From Candidatus Bathyarchaeia archaeon (GTDB taxonomy: Archaea; Thermoproteota; Bathyarchaeia; 40CM-2-53-6): a stretch of 64,000 nucleotides of DNA. Below the pieces are notes generated by a model, which was given only the letters and a program-made list of their open reading frames with translations, was not told the DNA's origin and searched no databases. Both the position numbers and the translations under genes were made by a program. The first letter of the stretch is position 1. Each line of letters starts with the position of its first letter. This document shows, one piece after another, positions 17,371 through 27,067 of the stretch. Where the stretch lies: assembly GCA_050013255.1 (NCBI GenBank), contig JBEKFP010000001.1, positions 32,001-96,000 of the forward strand, written 5' to 3'.

Positions 17371-17497
17371 GTATCGAGGCAACGAGGGTACCATTTGACA
17401 TCCCGAAAGTCTGCTGCAAAGAATCAAGATTGGCCAAAAGTTTTAAAGTCCCACCTTAGGGGGGTTAAACGAGTTCTTGTTACGGGAGTTTCTTCTC

Positions 17498-17596
17498 TTG
17501 AGTGAAGACGAAAATTGGGATGATGGAGAAGAAGACGACTGGACAGATGACGAATGGGGCGAAGATGATGGCTGGGGAGAAGATGAGGAATGGTGA
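17498..17596 (+). CDS. Putative 32-aa acidic Trp-repeat micropeptide
   Basis: TTG start after GGGAG; MSEDENWDDGEEDDWTDDEWGEDDGWGEDEEW*; TTTTAAA box at 17441. Confidence 0.55.
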   Translation: MSEDENWDDGEEDDWTDDEWGEDDGWGEDEEW

Positions 17597-17668
17597 CTGA
17601 GCCCCGCATCAAATCGCACTAATGGTTCAGACACCTCAACTGAAGTTTTCTAGCCAAAACAGAGTTGA

Positions 17669-19453
17669 TTGCGATTGTTACGAGTAGCCACACTAGACAA
17701 GGAGCATTGTAAACCCGACGATTGCGGAATACCTTGCTATCGGTTCTGCCCTGAAGTCTTGAACCGAAGGTACGCAATCAAGTTCATAGCCGGACAGAAA
17801 AAGCCGATCATAGATGAGGACCTCTGCACAGGCTGCGGAATCTGCATCAAGAAATGCCCCTTCGACGCCATCGGCATCGTAAAACTCCCACAGGAACTAG
17901 AGGGGGAATGTATTCATAGCTACGGCGTCAATGAATTCAAACTTTTCAGGCTGCCCGTCCCACAAACAGGGAAAGTCATAGGCCTCATCGGCCGCAACGG
18001 AACAGGCAAGAGTACAGCCCTCAAGATGCTGGCCAGCGAACTCACACCGAACTTCGGTTCGCTAGAAACACCCACCAACTGGGACACAGTCCTAACAAGG
18101 TACCGAGGAACATTACTGCACGAATACTTCAGCAAACTTGCAGCCAAGAAACTGAGAGTAGTTCACAAACCTCAACATGTCGACAAGCTCGCAACGGTTC
18201 TCGAAGGCAGGATCGGTCAACTACTCAAGAAGGTTGACGAGCGCAGTAAACTCCCCGAACTTGCCAAGGACCTTGAACTAGAAACACTCTTCGAGAGAGA
18301 ACCAAGCATGCTTAGTGGCGGCGAGTTGCAACGCGTCGCTATCGCGGCCGCCATTTCACGGGACGCAGATGTATACATTTTCGACGAACCCTCCAGCTAC
18401 CTGGACGTCTACCAAAGAATGCGGGCTGCACGAAGCATAAGGAAACTCGTCGGCGAGGCCAAGTCAGTGATTGTTGCTGAGCACGACCTGGCAATGCTCG
18501 ACTACTTATCTGACGAAGTCTATTTGGTCTATGGGCAACCAAGCTCGTATGGAATCGTCTCGCACGTCCACCCCACGAGGGGCGGAATCAACGACTATCT
18601 AATAGGATTCCTGCCCGATGAGAACATGCGTTTTCGAGACGAACCTATCCGTTTCCACGTAAGGCCACCGAGACAGGTAGACGCCGAATCACAAACCAAA
18701 CTAGAATGGCCACAGGTAAGCAAGACTGTTGGAAAATTCCACCTTCAAGTCGAAACGGGCTCCATAAAGTCGGGAGAAATTGTGGGCATACTGGGGGCCA
18801 ACGGGATTGGAAAAACCACATTCATCAAAGAACTGTTGGATTACTACAGTAGATCAGGCCAAAACCAGCTGCAGGTGAGTTACAAGCCCCAATACATCTC
18901 CTCAGCCTACGACGGAACGGTCGATGGGCTTCTCACAAGTGCCGCCGATGATTATTCCTCGGCCCTCTTTACCGACGAAGTGGTACGACCACTATCCATA
19001 ACGAAATTGCTTGACAGGAAGATCGATGAACTCAGTGGCGGTGAATTGCAGCGTGTTGCAATTGCGGCTTGTCTGGGGAAGTCAGCTCAAGTCTACTTGC
19101 TCGATGAGCCGAGCGCCTTCTTAGATGTCGAAGAAAGGTTGAACGTGGCCAAAGCATTGAGGCATTTGGTAGATTCACGCCAATCTTTCGCTTTCGTGGT
19201 TGAGCATGACATAGTCGCCCAAGATTTCCTTGCAGACCGCATCATGGTCTTCAAGGGTTTACCAAGCATCAGCGGCCAGGGTTCCACTCCAATGCCAATG
19301 CGTGACGCGATGAACGATTTCCTTTGCGAGATGGGTATAACGTTCAGGCGCGACCCCGAAACCAAACGGCCACGCATAAACAAGGTCGATAGCAAGTTGG
19401 ATAAAGAGCAGAAAAATTCTGGCGAGTTCTACTACGCTGCAGCTACTGAATAG
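17669..19453 (+). CDS. rli1: Ribosome recycling ATPase ABCE1 (Rli1)
   Basis: N-terminal 4Fe-4S Cys motifs (CTGCGICIKKCP) and two ABC NBDs (GRNGTGKST, GANGIGKTT, LSGGELQR twice). Confidence 0.97.
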   Translation: MRLLRVATLDKEHCKPDDCGIPCYRFCPEVLNRRYAIKFIAGQKKPIIDEDLCTGCGICIKKCPFDAIGIVKLPQELEGECIHSYGVNEFKLFRLPVPQTGKVIGLIGRNGTGKSTALKMLASELTPNFGSLETPTNWDTVLTRYRGTLLHEYFSKLAAKKLRVVHKPQHVDKLATVLEGRIGQLLKKVDERSKLPELAKDLELETLFEREPSMLSGGELQRVAIAAAISRDADVYIFDEPSSYLDVYQRMRAARSIRKLVGEAKSVIVAEHDLAMLDYLSDEVYLVYGQPSSYGIVSHVHPTRGGINDYLIGFLPDENMRFRDEPIRFHVRPPRQVDAESQTKLEWPQVSKTVGKFHLQVETGSIKSGEIVGILGANGIGKTTFIKELLDYYSRSGQNQLQVSYKPQYISSAYDGTVDGLLTSAADDYSSALFTDEVVRPLSITKLLDRKIDELSGGELQRVAIAACLGKSAQVYLLDEPSAFLDVEERLNVAKALRHLVDSRQSFAFVVEHDIVAQDFLADRIMVFKGLPSISGQGSTPMPMRDAMNDFLCEMGITFRRDPETKRPRINKVDSKLDKEQKNSGEFYYAAATE

Positions 19454-19493
19454 GCTGCTACAGGTTTAACTAGCGCGCTTCCAACCTACTCGC

Positions 19494-19724
19494 ATGGAGA
19501 CCAAACGCCAAGTGACAACGAACTACTGCCTCGAATGTGGTGGAATACTAAGCTACGATACCGCACTCAAGCAGTACACGTGCAAAAGCTGCGGCCTCAC
19601 GGTGAGCGCCCAGCAATTAATGGAAGGCCGACTCAAGATTCGGGAACAAGAATCGCCCGAAGAGCAACGTAGGCGCAAGCAGAACGAGTACTTGAAATGG
19701 TGGCTCTCGAAGAAAGCTGATTAG
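19494..19724 (+). CDS. Small zinc-ribbon protein
   Basis: CLECGG...CKSCG; C-terminal YLKWWLSKK. Confidence 0.75.
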   Translation: METKRQVTTNYCLECGGILSYDTALKQYTCKSCGLTVSAQQLMEGRLKIREQESPEEQRRRKQNEYLKWWLSKKAD

Positions 19725-19827
19725 GATTCAACCATTTCCTGTTACGAACGTAACAGGTCCCCGTGAGTTTTCCAGAAGATATGCTGTTTAATCGGTAATT
19801 CCACACCTCTATTGAGGGTAAATTAGA

Positions 19828-20640
19828 TTGCCCTGCACCGTCGAGATACTCTCCATCGGAAACGAGCTCCTGCTAGGGAATACTGTCAACACTAATGCTT
19901 CGTGGATTGCAACCCAGGTCACAAAGCTTGGAGGGAAGGTGAATCAAATAACGACCGTCGCCGACAACCTGAACGAAATTTCTCGAACAGTACTAGAGGC
20001 GTTGGAAAGGAAACCCAACCTACTAATCCTGACGGGCGGAATCGGTCCCACCTTTGACGATATGACCCTCAGAGGAGTCGCAAGGGCTCTCGGCTTGCGA
20101 ATTAGACTCAACAAGTCCGCTGTTGAGATGATTCGAACGCATTACGCCCGAAGATTTCCAAACCGAAGAATTACTTTATCAAAACCTCGCCTAAAGATGG
20201 CATTAATTCCTGTTACGTCTATGCCTGTGATTAACCCGATTGGAACAGCACCCGCCGTTAGATTGAAGGTACTTGGCACAGAAATTTTCTGTTTACCGGG
20301 CGTACCCAGCGAAGCAAAAGCAATTTTCAAAGGAACTGTTTCGAAAGCCGTCAGCGCAAAGACGCAGGGGATGACATTCGTAGAGAAGTGGATCAGGGTT
20401 CAAGGCATAATGGAGTCCTCGCTGGCACCGATTATTGACCGTGTTATGCGGCAATGGCCTGGTGTCTACGTTAAGTCTCATCCTAGAGGAGTCGAAGCAA
20501 GTGGTCGGCCGAACCTCGAACTCCACTTTTCCATCTCCTCGAAATCACGATTGAAGGCACGGGAATCTGTTGTCGGTGCAGTTAACGATCTGAAGAAGGA
20601 GCTCGAGAATTATGGGGCGCGAGTTACAGATTCTGCATGA
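19828..20640 (+). CDS. CinA N-terminal / molybdopterin-binding domain protein
   Basis: IGNELLLGNTVNTNA, TGGIGPTFDDMT, LPGVPSE. Confidence 0.9.
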   Translation: MPCTVEILSIGNELLLGNTVNTNASWIATQVTKLGGKVNQITTVADNLNEISRTVLEALERKPNLLILTGGIGPTFDDMTLRGVARALGLRIRLNKSAVEMIRTHYARRFPNRRITLSKPRLKMALIPVTSMPVINPIGTAPAVRLKVLGTEIFCLPGVPSEAKAIFKGTVSKAVSAKTQGMTFVEKWIRVQGIMESSLAPIIDRVMRQWPGVYVKSHPRGVEASGRPNLELHFSISSKSRLKARESVVGAVNDLKKELENYGARVTDSA

Positions 20641-20662
20641 AGATTACGAATGAGTTCAGTAG

Positions 20663-22483
20663 TCAGAGCCCCACGTAACGTTGCACGTTTTCTTCTATGA
20701 CCTTTAGGCTGCTCCGCCAGAAATCCGGTTTTTTGAGGTCAATTTCAAACCTCCGCGCAAGTTCCGCTGGCGACGTTTCTCCCGTGCTGGCCAATAGAGC
20801 TTCATAATCCTTCACGAAACGATGACCACGCTCTTTGTAAATTGAATACAACCCTGTTCCAAAAAGCAGGCCGAATGCGTAGGGGTAGTTGTAGAATGAA
20901 AAGGCTGGAATGTAGTAGTGAACTTTCCACGCCCACATGAATTTGTGGAGGAAACGTTCGTCCAGAGCCTCACCGTAAGTAGCCTTTTGGCATCTCAGCA
21001 TAATCTCGCAAAAGTCATCTGCCGACAGTTCGGAGTTAACCCGGCGCTCAAAGACCTCCTTCTCGAAAAGGAATCGTGAAGTTATGTCAACGACCACTTG
21101 TGTCGCTCCTGCTAGTGACGTTTCTAGGATGGCCAGTTCTTCCTCACGATTTGCAGCTTCGGATAAGACGGCGTTCGAGATTATGGTCTCATTCATGATT
21201 GAGGCAGTCTCAGCCAAGGTCATCGGGGTAATTCTTTGCAGTATCGTTTTGCCAACCTGGCATTCATTGTGGAATGCATGCCCCAATTCATGGGCAACGG
21301 TCGAGACCTGTTCGAGTGACCCATCGAAATTGCACAGTATGCGTGACTCTTCTACCCCGGGCACATCCATGCAGAAAGCACCTCCCCGTTTACCGTTGCG
21401 TGGTTCCGCATCAATCCAATGATTATCAAAGGCCTTCTGCGCTAACGTGGCTAGACGGTCACTGAAGCTTCGGAATTGAGTTACGAGGAACTTCTCAGTC
21501 TCCGCCCAACTATAGCGACGTTCGCTTTTGCCGACTGGTGCGAAGAGATCCCACCACGGGAGCTTCTCCCCGCCTAATAACTTCGCTTTGGCGAGAAGAT
21601 ATCGCCGGAAGATAGGAAACGACTCCCGCATTGTCGCCATCATTGTATTGAGAGTCTCACGGTCAATCCTTGAGGTGTCGAGTGACGCATGAAGTGCGTC
21701 GATTCGACCACGTCGCTTGTCCAGCGTGTTTACGCTGCCCTTGACTCCGTTCAGGGCAGCCGCCAATGGTTCACGTACGATCTCCCAGGCTGCCAGCTCA
21801 GCCTCGTATGCGCGGCGGCGAATTTCAGGGTCAGGATGAGTGTTGAGGTTCTGCAATGCTGTAATTGGGAATTTCTGCTTCTTGCCCTCCAATTCAAAAT
21901 CGACGTTAACCTGTGAGCAGACAGTGCCTTGCATTTTCCCCCATGCATTTGACCCGCTGAGCTCAAGGTCTGCCGCGAGAGATTCCTCTGCATCGGTCAT
22001 CAGGAAACGGCTCTGCTCTGCTGTTTCGCGAAGATAGAAGCCATGAGCCTGAGCTACACCTGCCTGGGCCAAGGCTTGAGGTAAGAGCGATGCGATGGTC
22101 CCGACCCATCCTTTGAAGAACACCTCTTGCTTCTGTAATCTGACACCGACCATCTCCAGTTCTGATTGCAGGCGCTTTGCTATGGTATTGTAGGAGTCGG
22201 TCGACACGTACGATCCCACGTATGCGTGGAGAGTTGAGTACAGGCGGAGTGCTGCGTTCGTAAGAGCCAAGTATTCGTCAATAGCGGATTTCACTTCTCC
22301 AGTAGCTGTCTCGGGTTTGTTAGCTGGCGCCCTGGAAATCTTATGGTCGACTATGTAGGCGTCAATCGCGTTGAGTTGGAATTTCAAATCAGCAAATGCC
22401 TTCTTGAACTGCTCTGAATCCAGAGCGGGGTAGACATTAGAAAGGTCCCATCTAGGTAACGTTCCAGGATCGTGATTCACCAA
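20663..22483 (-). CDS. Oligoendopeptidase F (peptidase M3B)
   Basis: HELGHAFH zinc motif, GKRGGAFC, AETAS, FYNYPYAFG. Confidence 0.95.
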   Translation of the reverse strand: MVNHDPGTLPRWDLSNVYPALDSEQFKKAFADLKFQLNAIDAYIVDHKISRAPANKPETATGEVKSAIDEYLALTNAALRLYSTLHAYVGSYVSTDSYNTIAKRLQSELEMVGVRLQKQEVFFKGWVGTIASLLPQALAQAGVAQAHGFYLRETAEQSRFLMTDAEESLAADLELSGSNAWGKMQGTVCSQVNVDFELEGKKQKFPITALQNLNTHPDPEIRRRAYEAELAAWEIVREPLAAALNGVKGSVNTLDKRRGRIDALHASLDTSRIDRETLNTMMATMRESFPIFRRYLLAKAKLLGGEKLPWWDLFAPVGKSERRYSWAETEKFLVTQFRSFSDRLATLAQKAFDNHWIDAEPRNGKRGGAFCMDVPGVEESRILCNFDGSLEQVSTVAHELGHAFHNECQVGKTILQRITPMTLAETASIMNETIISNAVLSEAANREEELAILETSLAGATQVVVDITSRFLFEKEVFERRVNSELSADDFCEIMLRCQKATYGEALDERFLHKFMWAWKVHYYIPAFSFYNYPYAFGLLFGTGLYSIYKERGHRFVKDYEALLASTGETSPAELARRFEIDLKKPDFWRSSLKVIEENVQRYVGL

Positions 22484-22575
22484 ACACTAGTCCTCCTGCA
22501 ATACCTAGAGCCTGACTTTCCTAGTCCCATAAATTTTCCCATAGTACTCCAAATAGCCTTGGGCGTCATCTAGCC

Positions 22576-23361
22576 GTGGTCAGGATGTGTCTGAGGGTGA
22601 CAAACACTGTATTTTTGGTTGGGATGGCTGGTTCTGGGAAATCTTCTCTCACAGCTTCCTATTCGGAATGGTTGAAGAATAGTGATCAGGACGTTCTAGT
22701 TGCCAACTTCGACCCCGGCGCGACGGCTATACCATATAATCCTGACATCGATGCACGGAAGTACGTGGATGTGGAGAACTTAATGCTTGATTACAAGCTC
22801 GGGCCCAATGGTGCCTTAATCATGGCCTCCGATTTGCTAGCCGACCACTTGGAAGAGATTCGGGAGGAAGTTGAGGATGCCAACCCCGACATTCTCCTAG
22901 TAGACACGCCTGGTCAGATAGAGCTGTTCGCATTTAGGGAGGGAGGGCGTTTTATGGCAAACGAGTTAACCGGAGAGAAACGCGCAGTGATTTATTTGAT
23001 GGATGCACCCTTCGTTCGGTTCCCGCTCAACTTTGTCTCAAGCATATACCTCGCGGCCGCTATATCCAGTAGAATCATGCAACCCCAAGTCTATGCCCTT
23101 TCCAAAACTGACCTTGTCACGGATCAGGATGTTGATACGATACTCGAGTGGGCCACTGAGCCCGAAGCCTTCGCCGAATCATTGCGTAGCGTTGAAGAAC
23201 AAAACCTGTCCATGATTTCAATGAATTTGGCGACTGCAGTCTTCGAAAGCGGGTTGTTGTCCGAACCCATCCCGGTATCTTCGAAAGACAACTCAGGAAT
23301 GGTTGAACTCAACGCGGCTGTTACAAGAATTCTAACAGGCGGCGAAGAACAATCCTCGTGA
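22576..23361 (+). CDS. GPN-loop GTPase
   Basis: GMAGSGKS, LGPNGA, DTPGQIE. Confidence 0.93.
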   Translation: MVRMCLRVTNTVFLVGMAGSGKSSLTASYSEWLKNSDQDVLVANFDPGATAIPYNPDIDARKYVDVENLMLDYKLGPNGALIMASDLLADHLEEIREEVEDANPDILLVDTPGQIELFAFREGGRFMANELTGEKRAVIYLMDAPFVRFPLNFVSSIYLAAAISSRIMQPQVYALSKTDLVTDQDVDTILEWATEPEAFAESLRSVEEQNLSMISMNLATAVFESGLLSEPIPVSSKDNSGMVELNAAVTRILTGGEEQSS

Positions 23362-23434
23362 GGGATGATAATCAGACCATGCTTAAGGATCTTGATTGAA
23401 ACTGCACAATTCAGTTCAAGGGTCGATTGAATTT

Positions 23435-24139
23435 ATGCCACCAGCAACGGTTGAACGAATTCTTCAATCTGCGCGGAGCCAAAAGAGAAAGTACCTCCTT
23501 GAACCCGAAGCTAAAGAAATCTGTCTAGCCTACGGTATGCCCACACCTGCCTTTGGCGTCGCGCAAAACCCTTCTGAGGCGAGAGAGCTAGCAAGTGAAA
23601 TTGGGTTCCCTGTCGTCCTGAAGGTTGTTTCCCAAGATGTTTTGCATAAGACCGAAGCTGGAGGTGTCCTTCTTGACCTGAATTCAAAGGAACAGGTTGA
23701 AGATGGGTATAACCAAATTATCTCCAAAGTCCGAGCCTTTGATGATAAGGCTAGAATTTCCGGCGTCCTGGTGCAACACATGGCTCCTAAGGGTATAGAG
23801 GTAATCGTCGGAGGGCTTCGAGATAGCCAGTTCGGCCCGACCGTTTTATTCGGCCTTGGCGGAATCTTTGTTGAAGTTCTCAAGGACGCCAGCTTTAGGG
23901 TATCGCCCCTGAGTGAACTCGACTCCCGCCAGATGATCCGAGAGATTCACGCCTATTCGATTCTGCAGGGCGCCAGGGGCCAACCTGCGTCAGACGAAGA
24001 GGCAATCGTTCGAATTCTACAATCGACTTCGAAGATCATGATGGAAAACCAAGCAATACAACAAATGGACCTCAACCCAGTCATCGTGTACGCGAGAGGC
24101 GCCAACATAGTCGACGCAAGGATCATACTCGGCGAATAA
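23435..24139 (+). CDS. ADP-forming acyl-CoA synthetase beta subunit (ATP-grasp)
   Basis: GFPVVLKVVS...HKTEAGGV, FGLGGIFVEVLKD, DLNPV. Confidence 0.92.
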   Translation: MPPATVERILQSARSQKRKYLLEPEAKEICLAYGMPTPAFGVAQNPSEARELASEIGFPVVLKVVSQDVLHKTEAGGVLLDLNSKEQVEDGYNQIISKVRAFDDKARISGVLVQHMAPKGIEVIVGGLRDSQFGPTVLFGLGGIFVEVLKDASFRVSPLSELDSRQMIREIHAYSILQGARGQPASDEEAIVRILQSTSKIMMENQAIQQMDLNPVIVYARGANIVDARIILGE

Positions 24140-24307
24140 GAACACGGTTACACCACACAACGCATTATATACAGCGCCCAGACTGTTTGCATGCATCCCA
24201 GACCGCGTGTTCACTTTGAAACTTATGTACTCGCGACGGTTTGCTTCACTTCTTGGAGTGCGCCTGTTCAGCAGTGGGAATGAAGTGGCCGCCTAGGTGG
24301 TAGTGGA

Positions 24308-25204
24308 ATGGATTCGGCTACGCTCGAAACACCCGTCGAGAACCTGTACCGAGAACTGGAAACATTGAAGGAAAGAAATGCTGCAAAGAAAGCTAAGATC
24401 AGCCTTCTCAGGGAACAGATCGAAGAGATTGTAAAGAAACGTGACACGCTCAATTCGGAGGTCAAGCGTACATCTGAAGAGACAAGGGAAGTAAAAGGGA
24501 AACGAGATTCACTAAATGCAAAGGTAAAGGAACTCAAAGATAAGCGGGACGCGCTAAGAGTGCTGGCTTCCCAGAAGCGGGAGGCCCTCTCAAAGCTTCT
24601 CGAACAGGCTAGGCGGATATCAGAGCAACTACAAGGGAGCATGTCCGAGCTTTCAAGACAGATAAAGGGCTTAGAATGGTTCATTCAAACCAATCCGCTT
24701 TCCACGAAGGCCGAAAGGAACCTTGTGGCGAAAATCGGTGCTTTGGAAGGTAACCTAGCCAAGCACAAGGGCCTGAGGAATGTGAAAGATAAACTCTTAC
24801 AATTGAGAGTTGAAGTTGGCGCGTTAAGGTTGCAAGCACAAGCCACTCACGAAGAACTCACAAAAGTAGCTGAGGAGAGCGAGAAGATCCATGCAACCAT
24901 GCAAGAACTCGTTAAGATTTTGGTAGCGAAAAGGAAGGAAGCGGACGCGAAGCATTCGGAGTACCTCGAAAAGAACCAAGAACGCCGTGATGTGGTGGCT
25001 GAGCTAAGAGCAAACCTAGAGCGTTTGGACAAGGTTCGAGCTCAGATAGGCGAAGCCAAGACTATTCCAAAGCTCAAGGGAGAGAAGCTGAAATCGAAAT
25101 ACAAGGAAGCAGCGAATGAGAAGCTTCGCACGGGTGGAAAACTATCATTCGAAGAGTTTCAGGCGCTAATGGACGACGGCGGTTCGGAAGATGACGACGA
25201 ATAA
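24308..25204 (+). CDS. Conserved archaeal coiled-coil protein (COG1340-like)
   Basis: Long coiled coil with LEWFIQTNPL and GKLSFEEFQAL motifs. Confidence 0.75.
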   Translation: MDSATLETPVENLYRELETLKERNAAKKAKISLLREQIEEIVKKRDTLNSEVKRTSEETREVKGKRDSLNAKVKELKDKRDALRVLASQKREALSKLLEQARRISEQLQGSMSELSRQIKGLEWFIQTNPLSTKAERNLVAKIGALEGNLAKHKGLRNVKDKLLQLRVEVGALRLQAQATHEELTKVAEESEKIHATMQELVKILVAKRKEADAKHSEYLEKNQERRDVVAELRANLERLDKVRAQIGEAKTIPKLKGEKLKSKYKEAANEKLRTGGKLSFEEFQALMDDGGSEDDDE

Positions 25205-25222
25205 GACCGGTGTTGATAGTTT

Positions 25223-25996
25223 ATGCCCAGAATTGCGGTAATTGGCGGAAGCGGCCTCGAAGGATTACTCCAAGGCTCACAAACAATTCATCTGGAAACA
25301 CCTTACGGACCTGCCCCACCAATAGCAGTTGGTTCGATCGGTAACGAACAAGTCGCATTCTTACCGAGACATGGGCCGAGACATGACCTTCCGCCTCACA
25401 AAGTCAACTATAGGGCCAACCTGTCCGCGCTAAAGCAACTCCGGGTGGAACGCGTCATAGCGACAAATGCGGTCGGTGCTATGAACGCAAGCTACAACCC
25501 AGGCGACATGGCCGTCCCCGAAGACATTTTGGATATGACCAAATCGCGAGTTGCAACATATTTCGAGAGCGCACCGGTAACGCACATCGATGTCTCCCAA
25601 CCGTATTGCCCCGACCTCCGCAAAATCCTGATAGAATCATGCAACGGCGCGGGAGCGAAGACATGGGGCAATGCGATTCTTGCCGCAACTGAGGGGCCGC
25701 GGTATGAGACCCCAGCTGAGATCCGAATGTTGCGAATGCTAGGCGGCGACATTGTTGGAATGACCGGTGCACCCGAAGTTTTTCTGGCCAGGGAACAGGA
25801 GTTGTGTTATTCGACGCTGTGCTTCATTTCAAACCGAGCTGCTGGAATGCAGGAGAGGTTGTCCGCTAGGGAGGTCACGGAAACCGGTAACAAAGTCATG
25901 TCTCAAGTCCTCACCATCATACGTAAAGCCGTGGAGAGCATCCCTGCAGAACGAACGTGCCCGTGCGTAAAGGCGATGGACCAAGCGCGAGCGTGA
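25223..25996 (+). CDS. mtnP: S-methyl-5'-thioadenosine/inosine phosphorylase
   Basis: IGGSG, FLPRHG, PPHKVNYRAN, EGPRYETPAE, VGMT. Confidence 0.92.
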   Translation: MPRIAVIGGSGLEGLLQGSQTIHLETPYGPAPPIAVGSIGNEQVAFLPRHGPRHDLPPHKVNYRANLSALKQLRVERVIATNAVGAMNASYNPGDMAVPEDILDMTKSRVATYFESAPVTHIDVSQPYCPDLRKILIESCNGAGAKTWGNAILAATEGPRYETPAEIRMLRMLGGDIVGMTGAPEVFLAREQELCYSTLCFISNRAAGMQERLSAREVTETGNKVMSQVLTIIRKAVESIPAERTCPCVKAMDQARA

Positions 25997-26000
25997 ACCC

Positions 26001-26783
26001 ATGCTACCAACCTTCCTCAAAACAATTGGCGCCTACACTATCTATGAAAAATGGCTCGGAGATCAAATCGCCTCGAATGAAATGCCGGAGCACGTTGGTA
26101 TCATACTCGACGGCAACAGAAGATGGGGCATCGAGAAATATGGCGATAGACTTGACGGCCACTTATACGGAGCACGAACGGGCGAAGATTTCCTACAATG
26201 GTGCTTAGACCTAGGCATCAAGACAGTAACGCTCTACGTTTTCTCCACTGAGAACTTCCGTAGACCAAGAGAAGAGGTCAACACTATACTCAAACTGATT
26301 GAGAACGAAGCAAGGAAACTCATTACGGACCGGCGAATCCACGAGAACAAGGTGCACGTGAAAGCGATTGGCCGCATTGAACTGCTACCTGAATCACTAA
26401 AAGGGGTTTTGAACGAGGTGGAAAAGGTAACTGCGGCATACGACCAGCATTACCTAAACATTGCCGTCGCCTACGGTGGCCGCGCTGAAATTGTTGATGC
26501 CGCGAAGCGGATCATTGACGAGGTCAAAAGCGGCTCGTTGGATGAAGGGGCAGTAGATGAGGACATGTTTCAGAAGTACCTGTACACATCACACCTTCCG
26601 AACCCCTACCCGGAGTTGATAATTCGTACTTCAGGTGAAGAGCGACTTAGCGGGTTCCTACTTTGGCAGGCTGCTTACAGCGAGTTCGTCTTCTTAGACG
26701 TCTTCTGGCCTGAATTTCGCCGGATAGACCTACTAAGGGCTGTTCGGACATACCAGCGCCGAAGACGCCGGTACGGCAAATAG
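26001..26783 (+). CDS. uppS: cis-prenyltransferase (polyprenyl diphosphate synthase)
   Basis: ILDGNRRW, FSTENFRR, YGGRAEI, IRTSGEERLSGFLLWQ. Confidence 0.96.
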   Translation: MLPTFLKTIGAYTIYEKWLGDQIASNEMPEHVGIILDGNRRWGIEKYGDRLDGHLYGARTGEDFLQWCLDLGIKTVTLYVFSTENFRRPREEVNTILKLIENEARKLITDRRIHENKVHVKAIGRIELLPESLKGVLNEVEKVTAAYDQHYLNIAVAYGGRAEIVDAAKRIIDEVKSGSLDEGAVDEDMFQKYLYTSHLPNPYPELIIRTSGEERLSGFLLWQAAYSEFVFLDVFWPEFRRIDLLRAVRTYQRRRRRYGK

Positions 26784-27067
26784 AATCACGAAACGCGGAC
26801 CCGGTGGGTATCCTCACTTATAGGCTTCCAGAGGGCCCCGTCAACCAATGGCTAGCTATGTGTCAAGCATTCCTTACCTTGAATTTGTCTTTCTTACCTA
26901 CGCTTCGAAAAACAGCCCTATGCCAAAGTTGACACGGCCTAATCCATACAAATCATCATGAAAGTGTAACCAAGCCTTATCTTCGCACTTTCTGAGCAGC
27001 CGATAGCCCACGATAGTTGCTAATGTGACAAGTTTGGTGCATTCCCTGCGGCGAGCATGAACCAACA

